From assembly GCA_963777315.1 (NCBI GenBank), contig CAVZQC010000002.1:672001-736000 (forward strand): DNA of 64,000 nucleotides, read 5' to 3'. Origin of the DNA: Vulcanimicrobiota bacterium. Lineage in GTDB: Bacteria; Vulcanimicrobiota; Vulcanimicrobiia; Vulcanimicrobiales; Vulcanimicrobiaceae. The notes under the pieces are model-generated. The model was given only the letters and a program-made list of their open reading frames with translations. It made no database searches and had not been told where the DNA came from. This document shows positions 18,030-28,738 of this stretch, one piece after another. Within the stretch, counting starts at the first letter, position 1, and every line of letters starts with the position of its first letter. Position numbers and translations under genes: made by a program.

Positions 18030-19559
18030 ATGGACGTCAAATACGTGCTGTCGCTGTTTTGTTTGGCCGGACTATTGGGCGCTGCGCCGGCAAAGCCGTC
18101 GCCTTCACCTTCACCGCTGCCGCCGCAGACCGCACCGCAGGCTGAAACGCCCGACGCCGTCACGCAGCATACGGTTTCGATCGGCGGGACTCCATATGCT
18201 TACACGGCGCGCGCCGGCACGCTCACGCTGACCAATGACAAAGGTCAACCGACGGCGCGCCTGTTCTACACCGCATACACGCTGGACGGCGCAGATGCAA
18301 ACCGCCCCGTCACGTTTATGTACAACGGCGGCCCGGGCAGTTCGACGATGTGGCTGCGCATGGGCTCGTTCGGACCGGTGCGCGTGCTTGCGGGCAACGG
18401 CCGGCCCTCCGGGCCGCCTCCATACCAAATTCGCGACAATCCCTACAGTCTGCTCGACAAAAGCGACTTGGTTTTCATCGACATGCCCGATAGCGGCTTT
18501 GGACGGATCATCGGAGCGGGCAAAGAGAAAGACTTTTTCGGCGTGGATCAGGACGTTGCGGCGTTCGGACAGTTCATCGAGCGCTACGTTACGACGTTTC
18601 ACCGCTGGAATTCACCCAAGTTCATTTTCGGCGAGAGTTACGGCACGACCAGGTCCGCCGCGCTTTCCTCGTATCTGCTCGATCGCGGCATCGCGCTCAA
18701 CGGCGTCGTCCTTCTCTCGTCTATTTTGAATTTCGGACTCGACTACGGCAACGGCGAGCCGAATGCCGGCGGGGACTGGCCCTACGTTCTGTACCTGCCC
18801 ACCGAAGCGGCAACGGCGTGGTATCACGACAAAGTTCGGAGCAAGCCTGCCGACGTGTCGGCGTTCGTTGCGCAAGTCGAGCAATTCGCAATGACCGAGT
18901 ATTTGGACGCACTCTACAAAGGGCATCGCCTGGGGCGCGGCGAGCGCGACGACGTGGCGCGCAAACTTTCGAATTTCTTAGGCATTCCGGAAACGTACGT
19001 CCTGGAGTCCAACTTGCGCATTCCATACGATCGCTACCAGCGCGAACTGCTTCGCGGCCAAAACGTCGTGTTCGGACGATTGGACTCGCGCTATACCACC
19101 TACGGCTTGGAACCGGCCTCCAACGAAGGGCCGCCGTGGGATCCGACGGACTCTTCCATCGACGCGCCGTTCACCACTGCCGTCAATGCGTATCTGCGCG
19201 ACGATTTGAAGTACGATACGCCGCTTCGATACCGCGCCAACATCTACGGCATCATTGGAAACTCGTGGGATTTTACTCACAACCGTCAAGTGCCGACCAA
19301 CGTCGCGCCGGACTTGGCACAAGCCATGACGCAAAACCCCAATCTGCACGTTTTTTCGGCGAACGGCTATTACGATTTCGCCACCCCGTTCTTCGCCACG
19401 ATGTACACGCTGCAGCATTTGCATATCGCGCCGGCGCTGCAGAAAAACATCACGTTCGGCTTTTACCAGTCGGGACATATGGTGTATCTCAACGATTCGG
19501 CCCTCGCACAGTTCAAATCCGACCTGGCGCGCTGGTACGATACCGCGCTGGGCCGCTAA
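18030..19559 (+). CDS. secreted serine carboxypeptidase, family S10
   Basis: 'YNGGPGSST', 'FGESYGT', 'GYYDFATP', 'GHMVY'. Confidence 0.93.
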   Translation: MDVKYVLSLFCLAGLLGAAPAKPSPSPSPLPPQTAPQAETPDAVTQHTVSIGGTPYAYTARAGTLTLTNDKGQPTARLFYTAYTLDGADANRPVTFMYNGGPGSSTMWLRMGSFGPVRVLAGNGRPSGPPPYQIRDNPYSLLDKSDLVFIDMPDSGFGRIIGAGKEKDFFGVDQDVAAFGQFIERYVTTFHRWNSPKFIFGESYGTTRSAALSSYLLDRGIALNGVVLLSSILNFGLDYGNGEPNAGGDWPYVLYLPTEAATAWYHDKVRSKPADVSAFVAQVEQFAMTEYLDALYKGHRLGRGERDDVARKLSNFLGIPETYVLESNLRIPYDRYQRELLRGQNVVFGRLDSRYTTYGLEPASNEGPPWDPTDSSIDAPFTTAVNAYLRDDLKYDTPLRYRANIYGIIGNSWDFTHNRQVPTNVAPDLAQAMTQNPNLHVFSANGYYDFATPFFATMYTLQHLHIAPALQKNITFGFYQSGHMVYLNDSALAQFKSDLARWYDTALGR

Positions 19560-19573
19560 AAGGAGTGCCGGTA

Positions 19574-21094
19574 ATGATCGATTGGAAACGCTCTGCGGCT
19601 CTTTTGACGGCAATGTGCCTTGCGGCGGCGGCTCCGGCGCACAAACCGCCCAAGCCCTATGTCCCGCCGGCGACGCCCGATGCGATATCTCACCACGCGA
19701 ATCGCGTGGACGGGCAGACGATTGCGTACACCGCCCGAGCCGGGACGATAACCTTGCGCAACGACAAAGATCAAATTACGGCGCGTATGTTCTACGTCGC
19801 GTATACCAAAGACGGCGCCGACCGCAATACGCGCCCGGTAACGTTCTTTTACAATGGCGGCCCGGGCAGCTCGACGGTGTGGCTGCGTATGGCCTCGTTC
19901 GGGCCCGTGCGGGTCCGGCTGACGAACGGACGTGCAACGCCTCCGGCCCCGTACGAGCTGCTCGACAACCACGACAGCCTTCTGGATAAAACCGACGAAG
20001 TGTTCGTCGATGCGCCCAATACCGGTTACAGCCGCGTGCTCGGTTACGGAAAGCCGAAAGACTTCATGGGCATCGATCAGGACGGCCGGGCGTTCACGCA
20101 ATTCATCCAGCGCTATCTTACGCAGTTCGCCCGGTGGAATTCGCCGAAATTTCTTTTCGGCGAAAGCTACGGCACGACGCGCGACGCGGTGCTTGCGAAC
20201 ATGCTGCAGGAGGCCAACGTTCAGATTAACGGCGTCGTTTTTCTATCGTCGGTATTGAATTTCGGTCTTACGGGCCTTGGCGGCTTCACGCCGATCGGGG
20301 GCGGCGACTGGGCGTACGTTCTGTATCTGCCTACCGAGGCCGCAACCGCCTGGTATCATCACAAGGCGGCGGGACGGACGGGAAGCCTGCCCGCCTTCCT
20401 GCACCAAGTCGAGAATTTTGCCGGCACGCAGTACCTGCATGCTCTTGCCCAGGGAGACCAGCTCGGCGCGCAAGAGCGCGAGGACGTCGTGCGCAAAATG
20501 CACGACTATCTAGGCGTCTCCGAACAGTACATCCGCAACTCCAATCTGCGAATCGCCTACTACGACTACGACAAAGAGCTGCTGCGCAGCCAGGACGTCG
20601 TGCTGGGCCGCTACGATTCACGCTATGCCACCTATGGGGTGGACCGCATGAGCGATACGCCCGACTGGGATCCGTCCGACGTCGGCATGAACAGCGCGGT
20701 CGTTTCGACGTGGTCGCAGTACGTTCGCGAGCAGCTGCATTACGATACGAACCTGCAGTACCGTCCGACCGCGTATGGACCGATACTCGGCGCTCGCTGG
20801 GATATGCACCACAACGGCCAGGAACCGCCCGCCAACGTCGTCCCGGACATTGCGGCGGCCATGTCGCAGAACCCGCACCTGCAAGTCTTTTCAGGCAACG
20901 GATACTTCGACTTCGCGACGCCGTATTTTGCGACGCTGTATACGTTCGAGCACATGGACATCGCAGCGCCCCTGGAAAAGAACATCACGTTCGGCTTCTA
21001 CGACTCCGGGCACATGGTGTATCTCAATCCTTCGGCAAGAGTGCGCTTTAAAGCCGATCTGGATCGATGGTACGATCGCGCGCTGGCGCGCTGA
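19574..21094 (+). CDS. secreted serine carboxypeptidase, family S10 (paralog)
   Basis: Same motifs as upstream paralog; AGGAG RBS. Confidence 0.93.
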   Translation: MIDWKRSAALLTAMCLAAAAPAHKPPKPYVPPATPDAISHHANRVDGQTIAYTARAGTITLRNDKDQITARMFYVAYTKDGADRNTRPVTFFYNGGPGSSTVWLRMASFGPVRVRLTNGRATPPAPYELLDNHDSLLDKTDEVFVDAPNTGYSRVLGYGKPKDFMGIDQDGRAFTQFIQRYLTQFARWNSPKFLFGESYGTTRDAVLANMLQEANVQINGVVFLSSVLNFGLTGLGGFTPIGGGDWAYVLYLPTEAATAWYHHKAAGRTGSLPAFLHQVENFAGTQYLHALAQGDQLGAQEREDVVRKMHDYLGVSEQYIRNSNLRIAYYDYDKELLRSQDVVLGRYDSRYATYGVDRMSDTPDWDPSDVGMNSAVVSTWSQYVREQLHYDTNLQYRPTAYGPILGARWDMHHNGQEPPANVVPDIAAAMSQNPHLQVFSGNGYFDFATPYFATLYTFEHMDIAAPLEKNITFGFYDSGHMVYLNPSARVRFKADLDRWYDRALAR

Positions 21095-21107
21095 TGCTTT
21101 CCGAACG

Positions 21108-24092
21108 CTATTTGGCCTCGTTCACCTGAGCGATCGCCTTGGCGGCTTTGGATCGCAGCAGCGAAAACGCCGTGTACTGATCGGGCGTGGGTCGAACGTC
21201 GCCCATCTCGACGCCTTGCAGCAGATTCTGCAGCGCGTCGCCGATATAGCGCAGGCTGCTGAAATCCTGGGCCGGTTTACCGACTGAATCGTCCTGAGAC
21301 GCCGGGGGTTCTTGGCCGATGAGTTTGCGCAGCTGCGCAGTGTGAGGCAGCGCTTTCGCGCGCTTGAGCGCTTGCGCAACGCTCGACGCCTGTTCTTCGA
21401 TGGCCTGTGCGAGATCGAATTGCGCGCGCAGATCGGCATCGCCGGCGGGGTAGGTCGGATCGCGGCGCAGCGCGAGCGTTTGCGAGTAGGTGCGTCCACT
21501 GACGTTCATGCGTATCGTGTAGCGCCCCGGCGGCGCGAGCACGTGGTTGGAATATTGCAGGTCCCAGACGTAGCGGTGCGCGCCCGCCTCCGCGGACGGG
21601 GGCTGCTGCACCTGCACCCAAGAAACCGGAATGTCGAGCGCTCGCGCGTTAACCGCCGGCGGCTGCTGCGCAGAGGACCAGCGGCGCACGACATGGCCGG
21701 ATTCGTCGATCACTTCCAGAACCAGCGGCGTGGTTGCGTTTCCGACGTAATAGTCGATGATTGCGCCCGCCGGCGGATTCGGCATGGAGGCCTCGTCGAG
21801 CGGCACGGGCGTTCCCTGATCCGAGCCCGGACGCGTGCGATAAGCCGGCGCAGGCGCAAACAGATGGGCGCCGGCGCGCGCGATCGCTGCGGTCATCTGC
21901 CGCAGCGGCGATGCGTCGTCTAAAATCCAGATTCCGCGTCCGTGCGTTGCCAAAATGACGTCGTCGCCGTTGAACACGATGTCGCGCATCGAGGCGACGG
22001 GAAGGTTGAGTTGCAGCGGCTGCCATTGCGCTCCGTCGTCGAACGAAACGTACACGCGCCGCTCCGTTCCCGCGTACAGCAGCCCGCGGCGCTGCGGATC
22101 TTCGCGAACGACGTTGACCGATTCGTTCTGCGGGATGCCCGACGTGATGAGGTACCAGTGCCGTCCGCCGTCGTGCGTTTTATAGATGTACGGCCGGTCG
22201 TCGTCCAGCCGATGGCGGTCGACCGCCGCGTATGCAGTGTTTGCGTCGAAATGCGAAGCGTCGATGATGCCGACTTTGCTCCACGGCGTGAGCTCCGGCG
22301 GCGTCACGTTCGTCCAGTGCGTACCCGCGTCGCGCGTGATCCAAATGAGTCCGTCGTCGGTGCCGGCCCAAATCTCGCTCGAGAGAATCGGTGAGGGCGC
22401 AATCCAGTACACGACACCTCGCCGCGTCAGCCCCGTGCTGTCTGCGACGGTAGGTGGATCGAGCGTCGCGGGAACGCTGTTCGTTGCGCGTGTGAGATCG
22501 GGGCTTATCGGATGCCAGGTCAAGCCGGCGTCCCGGGTGGCAAAAATCGCCTGACGGCTCATGTACAGCACGCGCGGGTTCTGCGGCGAAGCGACGATGG
22601 GCAGCGTCCACGTGCTGCGCCAAACGACGTCGGGATATTTGACGGTCGGATCGATCGCCATCTCCCAATTGGTATCGATGTCCTCGTACGTCGGCGGATT
22701 GCCGAACAAGCGGCCAGCGTGCAGCGCGTCCGCCACAATGGTGCCGCTTTCGCCCCCCACGTCGATCGGTTTCCAGTCCAGCATTGAAATGCGGCTGTGA
22801 ATGCTGCGGCTGGGAACAGCTACGGCTCCCGAATCCTGCTGCGCGCCGTACACCCAGTACGGAAAGCGGTGGTCCGTGACGACGTGATAGAGCTGCGCCG
22901 TGGACTGATTGAACCACGAGCTCCACGTTTTCGCGCCGTCCAACGTAACGACGACGCCTTGATCGCCTCCCAACACCATCCGGTCGGAATTGGCCGGGTC
23001 GATCCAGAGGGCGTGATAGTCGTCGCCGCCGGGCGAACCTTTGATCGCGGTGAAGGATTTGCCGCCGTCGATGGAACGGTACGTCGAAGTGTTCATTGCG
23101 TAGACTTCATCCTGATTTTTCGGATCGGCTGCGATCTGCCCGAAGTACCAGCCGCGTTTCCAAATGCGGGCTTCGCCGTCGGTGTGCGCCCACGTCGAAC
23201 CGCCGTCGTCGGATCGGTACACTCCGCCGGTTTTGAGATCGTTGGTATCGACCATCGTGTAGATGCGGTTATGGTTCGCGGGCGAGATCGCGATGCCGAT
23301 GTGGCCGAGTGCGGCTTGCGTTGAGCCTTGCGGGAAGCCGTTTCCCTCGATATGCGCCCACGTCGCTCCCGCGTCGGTGCTTTTGTACAGCCCGCTTCCG
23401 GGGCCGTTGCTGGGAGGATACACGTTCCAGGGCGGACGTCGCGTTTGCCACAAAGAGGCAAAGAGCACGTTGCGATTGAGAGGATCGATCGCGAGATCGA
23501 TCGCACCGGTATTTTCGTTCTTGTACAGAACTTTGCTCCAGGTGCGGCCGCCGTCGATCGATTTGAAGACGCCGCGCTGCGTATTGGGACCATACTGGTG
23601 GCCCAGTGCGGCGACGTACACGACGTCGGCATTGCGCGGGTCGACGACGATGCGCCCGATCTGCCGCGTATCGTCGAGTCCCACGTGGGTCCAAGTTTTG
23701 CCGGCGTCGATCGATTTGTAAACGCCGTCGCCGTGCTGAATGTCCGAACGCATGTCGGCTTCGCCGGTGCCGGCGTACAGTACGCCGGCGTTGCTGGGAG
23801 CGACCGCAATCGCGCCGATCGATGCAACCGGCAGCGAATCCGAAATCGGAGACCACGTGCGCCCGGCGTTGTCGCTTTCCCACACGCCGCCGCCCACCGC
23901 GCCGAAATAAAACTTGCCGGGCTGCCCGGGCACGCCGCAGACGGCGATCGAGCGTCCTGCTCGAATCGGCCCGATGTTCCGCCACTGCAGACTCCCGAAC
24001 AGCGCTGCGTCATACGTTTGCGCGCGCGCGGGGAGCATAGTCGTAGGGACCGTGAAAAAAAGCGTTAAAGACACAACCCAAAAGCGTCGCAT
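21108..24092 (-). CDS. secreted BNR/Asp-box (VPS10/sortilin-like) beta-propeller, putative glycosyl hydrolase
   Basis: Signal peptide, 'WRNIGPIRAGR', many S-x-D-x-G-x-T-W boxes. Confidence 0.88.
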   Translation of the reverse strand: MRRFWVVSLTLFFTVPTTMLPARAQTYDAALFGSLQWRNIGPIRAGRSIAVCGVPGQPGKFYFGAVGGGVWESDNAGRTWSPISDSLPVASIGAIAVAPSNAGVLYAGTGEADMRSDIQHGDGVYKSIDAGKTWTHVGLDDTRQIGRIVVDPRNADVVYVAALGHQYGPNTQRGVFKSIDGGRTWSKVLYKNENTGAIDLAIDPLNRNVLFASLWQTRRPPWNVYPPSNGPGSGLYKSTDAGATWAHIEGNGFPQGSTQAALGHIGIAISPANHNRIYTMVDTNDLKTGGVYRSDDGGSTWAHTDGEARIWKRGWYFGQIAADPKNQDEVYAMNTSTYRSIDGGKSFTAIKGSPGGDDYHALWIDPANSDRMVLGGDQGVVVTLDGAKTWSSWFNQSTAQLYHVVTDHRFPYWVYGAQQDSGAVAVPSRSIHSRISMLDWKPIDVGGESGTIVADALHAGRLFGNPPTYEDIDTNWEMAIDPTVKYPDVVWRSTWTLPIVASPQNPRVLYMSRQAIFATRDAGLTWHPISPDLTRATNSVPATLDPPTVADSTGLTRRGVVYWIAPSPILSSEIWAGTDDGLIWITRDAGTHWTNVTPPELTPWSKVGIIDASHFDANTAYAAVDRHRLDDDRPYIYKTHDGGRHWYLITSGIPQNESVNVVREDPQRRGLLYAGTERRVYVSFDDGAQWQPLQLNLPVASMRDIVFNGDDVILATHGRGIWILDDASPLRQMTAAIARAGAHLFAPAPAYRTRPGSDQGTPVPLDEASMPNPPAGAIIDYYVGNATTPLVLEVIDESGHVVRRWSSAQQPPAVNARALDIPVSWVQVQQPPSAEAGAHRYVWDLQYSNHVLAPPGRYTIRMNVSGRTYSQTLALRRDPTYPAGDADLRAQFDLAQAIEEQASSVAQALKRAKALPHTAQLRKLIGQEPPASQDDSVGKPAQDFSSLRYIGDALQNLLQGVEMGDVRPTPDQYTAFSLLRSKAAKAIAQVNEAK

Positions 24093-24136
24093 GGCGGGCG
24101 TTTCCCGAGGATGCTGGGCGGACCCTCGTAAGCGGA

Positions 24137-25816
24137 TTAGATATACGGCAACAGATCGAAGTATTCTTGATCTTCATTGGCGCCGCCATGACCCTCGCCG
24201 ACGGCCTTTTCGGTCTGCACGAACCGAATCTCGCGGATCCATTTCACCATTTTGAAGCCGAGCTGATTCTCGACTCGCAGCCGTAACGGCGCACCATGCA
24301 GATGCGTAAGCGGCTCGTCGTTCATCTCGTAGGCGAGCAGGCACTCCGGCTTCACGACGTCCTCCAGGCGCTGCGTGTCGTAATAAGTTCCGCCGAACGT
24401 TCCTTCGCCAAACGAGACGAACTCGACCACCCGCGCTTCCGGCAGCGGTTTGACGAGCTTCATCAGGCGCGTCATCGAGATACCGCCCCACTGCGCAATC
24501 CCGCTCCACCCTTGAATGCAGTGGTGCAGCGACACGTGCTCGTCATGCGCAAGCGCGCGAATTTGCTCTAAACTCAACTCAACCGGGTTTTCGACGCAGC
24601 CCCGCACGCGTAAACGGTAATCGCGGAAGCCGTCCGCCGCAAGCCCCTTCCATTCATCGGAATCGGGCATCTTACCGTTCGGCCAAAAATACGGGGAGAT
24701 GTCTTTGCGCGTGTAACGCTCTGCCGGATTAAACCGCGGGGAAGCTCGGAGGAGACGCTCGAGCGGAAATATCAGCATCTTGTGCAAACGCTGAATGAAG
24801 CGGGGATATCTCCAGGCGACAACGTGCGCGGCGATCCACGATCCGAGCACCGCTACCAGCCCGACGCAGCCGAGAATCAGTCCAAGGGGACGCGTGTCGT
24901 TCGTTCCCAAAACGATGTGGTTGAAATTGCGCTGCGCCCCGGTAGCAAGTACCAGGCTCACGTGCACGATCGTGAAGGCGACGTATCCGCACAGCAGCAG
25001 AAAATGAATCGAGCGGGCGCCTTGGCGGCCGCCGAAGATGCGCGGATACCAGGGGAACGCGTTATCGATGGCCGGTGACATCGCGATCCCGGTCAAAATC
25101 GAAAGCGGCGCCAGAATGAAGACGACGCCGAAGTACGAGAGCTGCTGAAGCGCGTTGTACGCGTAGAAACCGTTCGGCTCGATCGGAAAATGAAACGTCG
25201 CGTAGTGTACGAATGTTTGCCAGGCGTACGGAACGACTGCCCACGAGGTGGGAACCAGCCGCGGCCACTGACCGCTGATCAGCAGCATCGCGACGTAGAC
25301 GATGCCGGTTAGGATGAATCCGTAGTCGATGATGAAGTGCCAAGAGCGGCCCATCCCGATCGTGTGCCGGTATCCGGGCAGCGCGACGAGCGGCGAGATA
25401 TAGCGCGCGTCGTCCTTGGCGGTCCACACGCGGTTCGTCGGGACGTCGAGCGGCGTAAAGCGCAGCCATTCCGTTCCGGGGGTGCAATCGTTGTTCCAGT
25501 ACAGCCGCGCATGGTCCATCAGGATCGACAACCCGCTGCGTATCAACAGAAAGAGAAACAGCAGATTGGCAAAGTGGGTCCAGCGAATCCAGACGGGAAA
25601 ACCGCGCGGCTCGCCGCTCGGCGCGGCGGCGGTGATGCCGGCGACCGGCGCGAATGCCGAGTGTATCCCAAGCACCAGCACTTGCAGCCACGCCAGTACG
25701 ATCGGCACGGCGATGACGACCGCGAGCCAAGCGATATATGGCCGCCGCAAGATGAATACCAGCCGGCGGTCGGCAGGGGCGTGAACCCTTCGATGCGCTT
25801 CGTCGAAGCGGATCAT
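24137..25816 (-). CDS. cytochrome b membrane domain fused to molybdopterin oxidoreductase (sulfite oxidase family)
   Basis: TM His motifs 'WTHFAN','RSWHF','YNALQQLSY','RSIHF'; 'HHCIQGWS', 'HGAPLRLR..GFKMVKWI'. Confidence 0.88.
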   Translation of the reverse strand: MIRFDEAHRRVHAPADRRLVFILRRPYIAWLAVVIAVPIVLAWLQVLVLGIHSAFAPVAGITAAAPSGEPRGFPVWIRWTHFANLLFLFLLIRSGLSILMDHARLYWNNDCTPGTEWLRFTPLDVPTNRVWTAKDDARYISPLVALPGYRHTIGMGRSWHFIIDYGFILTGIVYVAMLLISGQWPRLVPTSWAVVPYAWQTFVHYATFHFPIEPNGFYAYNALQQLSYFGVVFILAPLSILTGIAMSPAIDNAFPWYPRIFGGRQGARSIHFLLLCGYVAFTIVHVSLVLATGAQRNFNHIVLGTNDTRPLGLILGCVGLVAVLGSWIAAHVVAWRYPRFIQRLHKMLIFPLERLLRASPRFNPAERYTRKDISPYFWPNGKMPDSDEWKGLAADGFRDYRLRVRGCVENPVELSLEQIRALAHDEHVSLHHCIQGWSGIAQWGGISMTRLMKLVKPLPEARVVEFVSFGEGTFGGTYYDTQRLEDVVKPECLLAYEMNDEPLTHLHGAPLRLRVENQLGFKMVKWIREIRFVQTEKAVGEGHGGANEDQEYFDLLPYI

Positions 25817-25879
25817 GTGAGGCTCAATCCCTTAACGCGTTCGGCTCGCCTCCGGCGTCGTCGTGTCGCGCGGTATGGC

Positions 25880-27679
25880 TTACCTGCGCGAACCGTGATG
25901 CGGCAACAGCCCCGCAAGCACTTCTTTGACGGATTCCTTGATCACGCCGCCTTCGTCCGGATCGCCTTTGGCAAGTGCGGAGAAAAGATTGTGCGCTTCC
26001 TCGAGCGTGATATGCGGCGGCAGCTGCGTGATGTTTGCATCGACGACCGCATCGAAGATCACGGGGCGATTCGAAGCCAATGCGCGATCCCAGGCCGGCC
26101 CGATGTCTTCGGAGCGTTCGACTCGGATGCCGTTCAGGCCGATTTGGTTTGCGTATTCGGCGTAGTTGAAATGCGGCAAATTCTGAGAGGCTTCGTATTT
26201 TGGATTTCCGCTTTCGATGCGCATCTCCCAGGTGACCTGATTGAGATCCGAATTGTTCATAACCAGGAAAATGAGCCGCGGATCGCTCCAGCGCTTCCAG
26301 TACTTCGCGACGGTAAGCATTTCGGCGCTGCCGTTCATCTGCATCGCACCGTCGCCCGTGCACGCGATAACGGTGCGATCGGGGAACGCGAATTTTGCCG
26401 CAATGGCGTACGGCACGGCGGAGCCCATCGTCGCAAGGCTGCCGGAAAGCGAGGACTTCATGCCGCGCCGCATATGAATGTTGCGCGCAAACCAATTGGT
26501 CGCCGTACCGGCATCGCCGGTAAGAATGGCGTTATCCGGCAGACGCTCGTTCAGTTCCCAGAATACCAGCTGAGGATTGATTTGCGTCCCTTTGACGTGG
26601 CAGCGCGCTTCTTCGTCGCCGTACCAGTCTTTAAGGTTCTTGGCGATGCCATCGCGCCAGCCGGTATCGGTTTTTTGTTTGAGCAGCGGCAGAAGCGCCG
26701 CGAGCGTCGTGCGGCTGTCGCCGATCAAATTGACTTCGGTCGGAAAGCGCAGCCCGACGTTGCGAGCGTCGATGTCGATTTGGACGCCGCGCGCTTGGCC
26801 TTCTTTGGGCAAAAACTCCGAATACGGATAGCACGTGCCGACCATCAGGAGCGTGTCGCACTCGTTCATCATGTCGGAGCTGGGTCGAGTGCCGAGTAAT
26901 CCCAATGTTCCGGTGACGTACGGCAAATCGTCCGGCACGACGTATTTGCCCAGCAAAGCCTTGGCGATCCCGGCGCCCAAGCGGTCTGCAACCGCGAGCA
27001 GCTCGTCGGTCGCGTTCGCGGCTCCTTGGCCGACCATCATCGCTACGCGCTCGCCGCTGTTGAGAACCTCGGCCGCCCGCTGCAGATCCGGCTGCGCCGG
27101 CACGACCACAGGCGCCGAATATCCCACGCTGCTGCGCGTCATGTTGTGCGTGCGCGGCGGCTGAGGAACCGCGTCCTTCTCTTGCACGTCTTTGGGAACG
27201 ATCACGCACGTGACGGCTCGAAAAGCGGCGGCCGTGCGCACTGCGCGATCGACGATGTGGCGCATTGCGGCGGGGCTTGAAACCGTATAGACGTACTCCG
27301 TTACGTCTTGCAGCAGCACTTGCAGATCGACTTCTTGCTGATACGAACTTCCCAGTGCGCTGGTGGCGGCCTGTCCGACGACCGCGACGACCGGCGTGTG
27401 ATCCATCTTGGCATCGTACAAGCCGTTGAGCATGTGTACGGCGCCCGGACCGGAGGTTGCCAAACAGAGCCCCACTTCACCGGTGAACTTCGCGTGCGCG
27501 CACGCCATGAAGCCGGCCATCTCTTCGTGCCGAACTTGAATGAACTGCAGCTTATCGCCGATCCGATCGAACGCGCCCATGATGCCGTTGATGCCGTCGC
27601 CGGGATAGCCGTAGACTCGCTTAAAACCCCACTCGACGAGTCGCTGCAATAAAAAATCGCTCGTATTCACGTCTTCCAA
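25880..27679 (-). CDS. thiamine diphosphate-dependent enzyme (pyruvate oxidase/PoxB-like)
   Basis: 'YGYPGDGIN', 'RHEE', 'TSGPG', 'GDGAMQM...N'. Confidence 0.92.
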   Translation of the reverse strand: MEDVNTSDFLLQRLVEWGFKRVYGYPGDGINGIMGAFDRIGDKLQFIQVRHEEMAGFMACAHAKFTGEVGLCLATSGPGAVHMLNGLYDAKMDHTPVVAVVGQAATSALGSSYQQEVDLQVLLQDVTEYVYTVSSPAAMRHIVDRAVRTAAAFRAVTCVIVPKDVQEKDAVPQPPRTHNMTRSSVGYSAPVVVPAQPDLQRAAEVLNSGERVAMMVGQGAANATDELLAVADRLGAGIAKALLGKYVVPDDLPYVTGTLGLLGTRPSSDMMNECDTLLMVGTCYPYSEFLPKEGQARGVQIDIDARNVGLRFPTEVNLIGDSRTTLAALLPLLKQKTDTGWRDGIAKNLKDWYGDEEARCHVKGTQINPQLVFWELNERLPDNAILTGDAGTATNWFARNIHMRRGMKSSLSGSLATMGSAVPYAIAAKFAFPDRTVIACTGDGAMQMNGSAEMLTVAKYWKRWSDPRLIFLVMNNSDLNQVTWEMRIESGNPKYEASQNLPHFNYAEYANQIGLNGIRVERSEDIGPAWDRALASNRPVIFDAVVDANITQLPPHITLEEAHNLFSALAKGDPDEGGVIKESVKEVLAGLLPHHGSRR

Positions 27680-27746
27680 ACTTTCCGCGTAATGCCGTTA
27701 TCCTTTACCCGCTTCAGCCGCAGTCCCGATTCGCGGAGCGCCCGGC

Positions 27747-28721
27747 TCACCAGCCGCCGCCTGCATCACCCCCGCCTCCGCCGAAACCGCCGCCCCCGCC
27801 GCCAAAGCCGCCGCCGCCGAAACCGCCGCCGCCCCAGTCGCCGCCCGCGCCGCCGCCCACGTTCGCCTGTCCCGGATCGGATTGCCAACCGCCCGCGTCC
27901 GCCGGCGCCTGTCCGCCCGTCGGATCCGTGTTGCCCCACGCGCCGGTTCCGACGTTTTGGTGGCCGAACATTTCATTGCCGAGCCACGCGCCGCCCAAGC
28001 CGCCCAGGAGCCCGCTCCAGAAGCCGCCGCCGCCGCCCCAGCCGCCGTAACCGTACCCTGGGCCGCCGTATCCCGGTCCGCCCGGACCATATCCGCCGCC
28101 GTACGCGCGCGGCCCCGCCGCTGCGCGCATGATCGATCGAATGATGAAAAACCCGAACAGCGCGATGATGATCCACCAGAACGTCGTGATGTGCAGGCCC
28201 TGCGTCGATTGTTGCGGACCGGCATTGTTCGCGCCGCTCGCAGCGCGCGAAGACTGCGCTCCCGGCAGCGAGCTCAAGTGGGAACGATAGACGTCGAGCG
28301 TTTCATTGACCGCCGCGGTGATGCCGCCGTCGAAGTCGCCTGCGCGGAACTGCGCCTCCATCGCCGAAGCCACCGAAGCTGAGGTTTGCGAGCTCCACCA
28401 TCCCGCTTGCACGGCCGCCTGGTCGGGAACGATCCAATCTTTGCGATCCCCTTTGTCGATGAAGATCAGAACTCCGTTGACCCGCTGCTGAGCAAACGCA
28501 TTGAGGGCAGCGGTCCGCACGTCGCCGCCGGCAACCGACGGTACCGTTTGCACGACGACTTCCTTGCCGGTTTGAGCGGTGAAGTTTCCCAGGCGCGTGT
28601 TGAGCTGCTGCACCAGATCCGGACTGAACATTCCGGCCTGATCCTGCACGAAATCTTTGGCCAGTGCCGGCGCGGCTGCAGCGAAGACCGCTGCAAGCAG
28701 CACGAGGAGTACGCGTTTCAT
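27747..28721 (-). CDS. TPM domain membrane protein with Gly-rich tail
   Basis: Signal peptide, 'FVQDQAGMFS', 'GVLIFI', 'FRAGDFDGGI', TM helix, GGGF/GGGW tail. Confidence 0.85.
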   Translation of the reverse strand: MKRVLLVLLAAVFAAAAPALAKDFVQDQAGMFSPDLVQQLNTRLGNFTAQTGKEVVVQTVPSVAGGDVRTAALNAFAQQRVNGVLIFIDKGDRKDWIVPDQAAVQAGWWSSQTSASVASAMEAQFRAGDFDGGITAAVNETLDVYRSHLSSLPGAQSSRAASGANNAGPQQSTQGLHITTFWWIIIALFGFFIIRSIMRAAAGPRAYGGGYGPGGPGYGGPGYGYGGWGGGGGFWSGLLGGLGGAWLGNEMFGHQNVGTGAWGNTDPTGGQAPADAGGWQSDPGQANVGGGAGGDWGGGGFGGGGFGGGGGGFGGGGGDAGGGW

Positions 28722-28738
28722 GTCGCTACCGTTCCTTA

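Noticed and set aside
27750..28100. GCC-rich tandem repeats as a repeat array or CRISPR
   Set aside because: They encode the glycine-rich tail of the TPM protein; no repeat-spacer periodicity.
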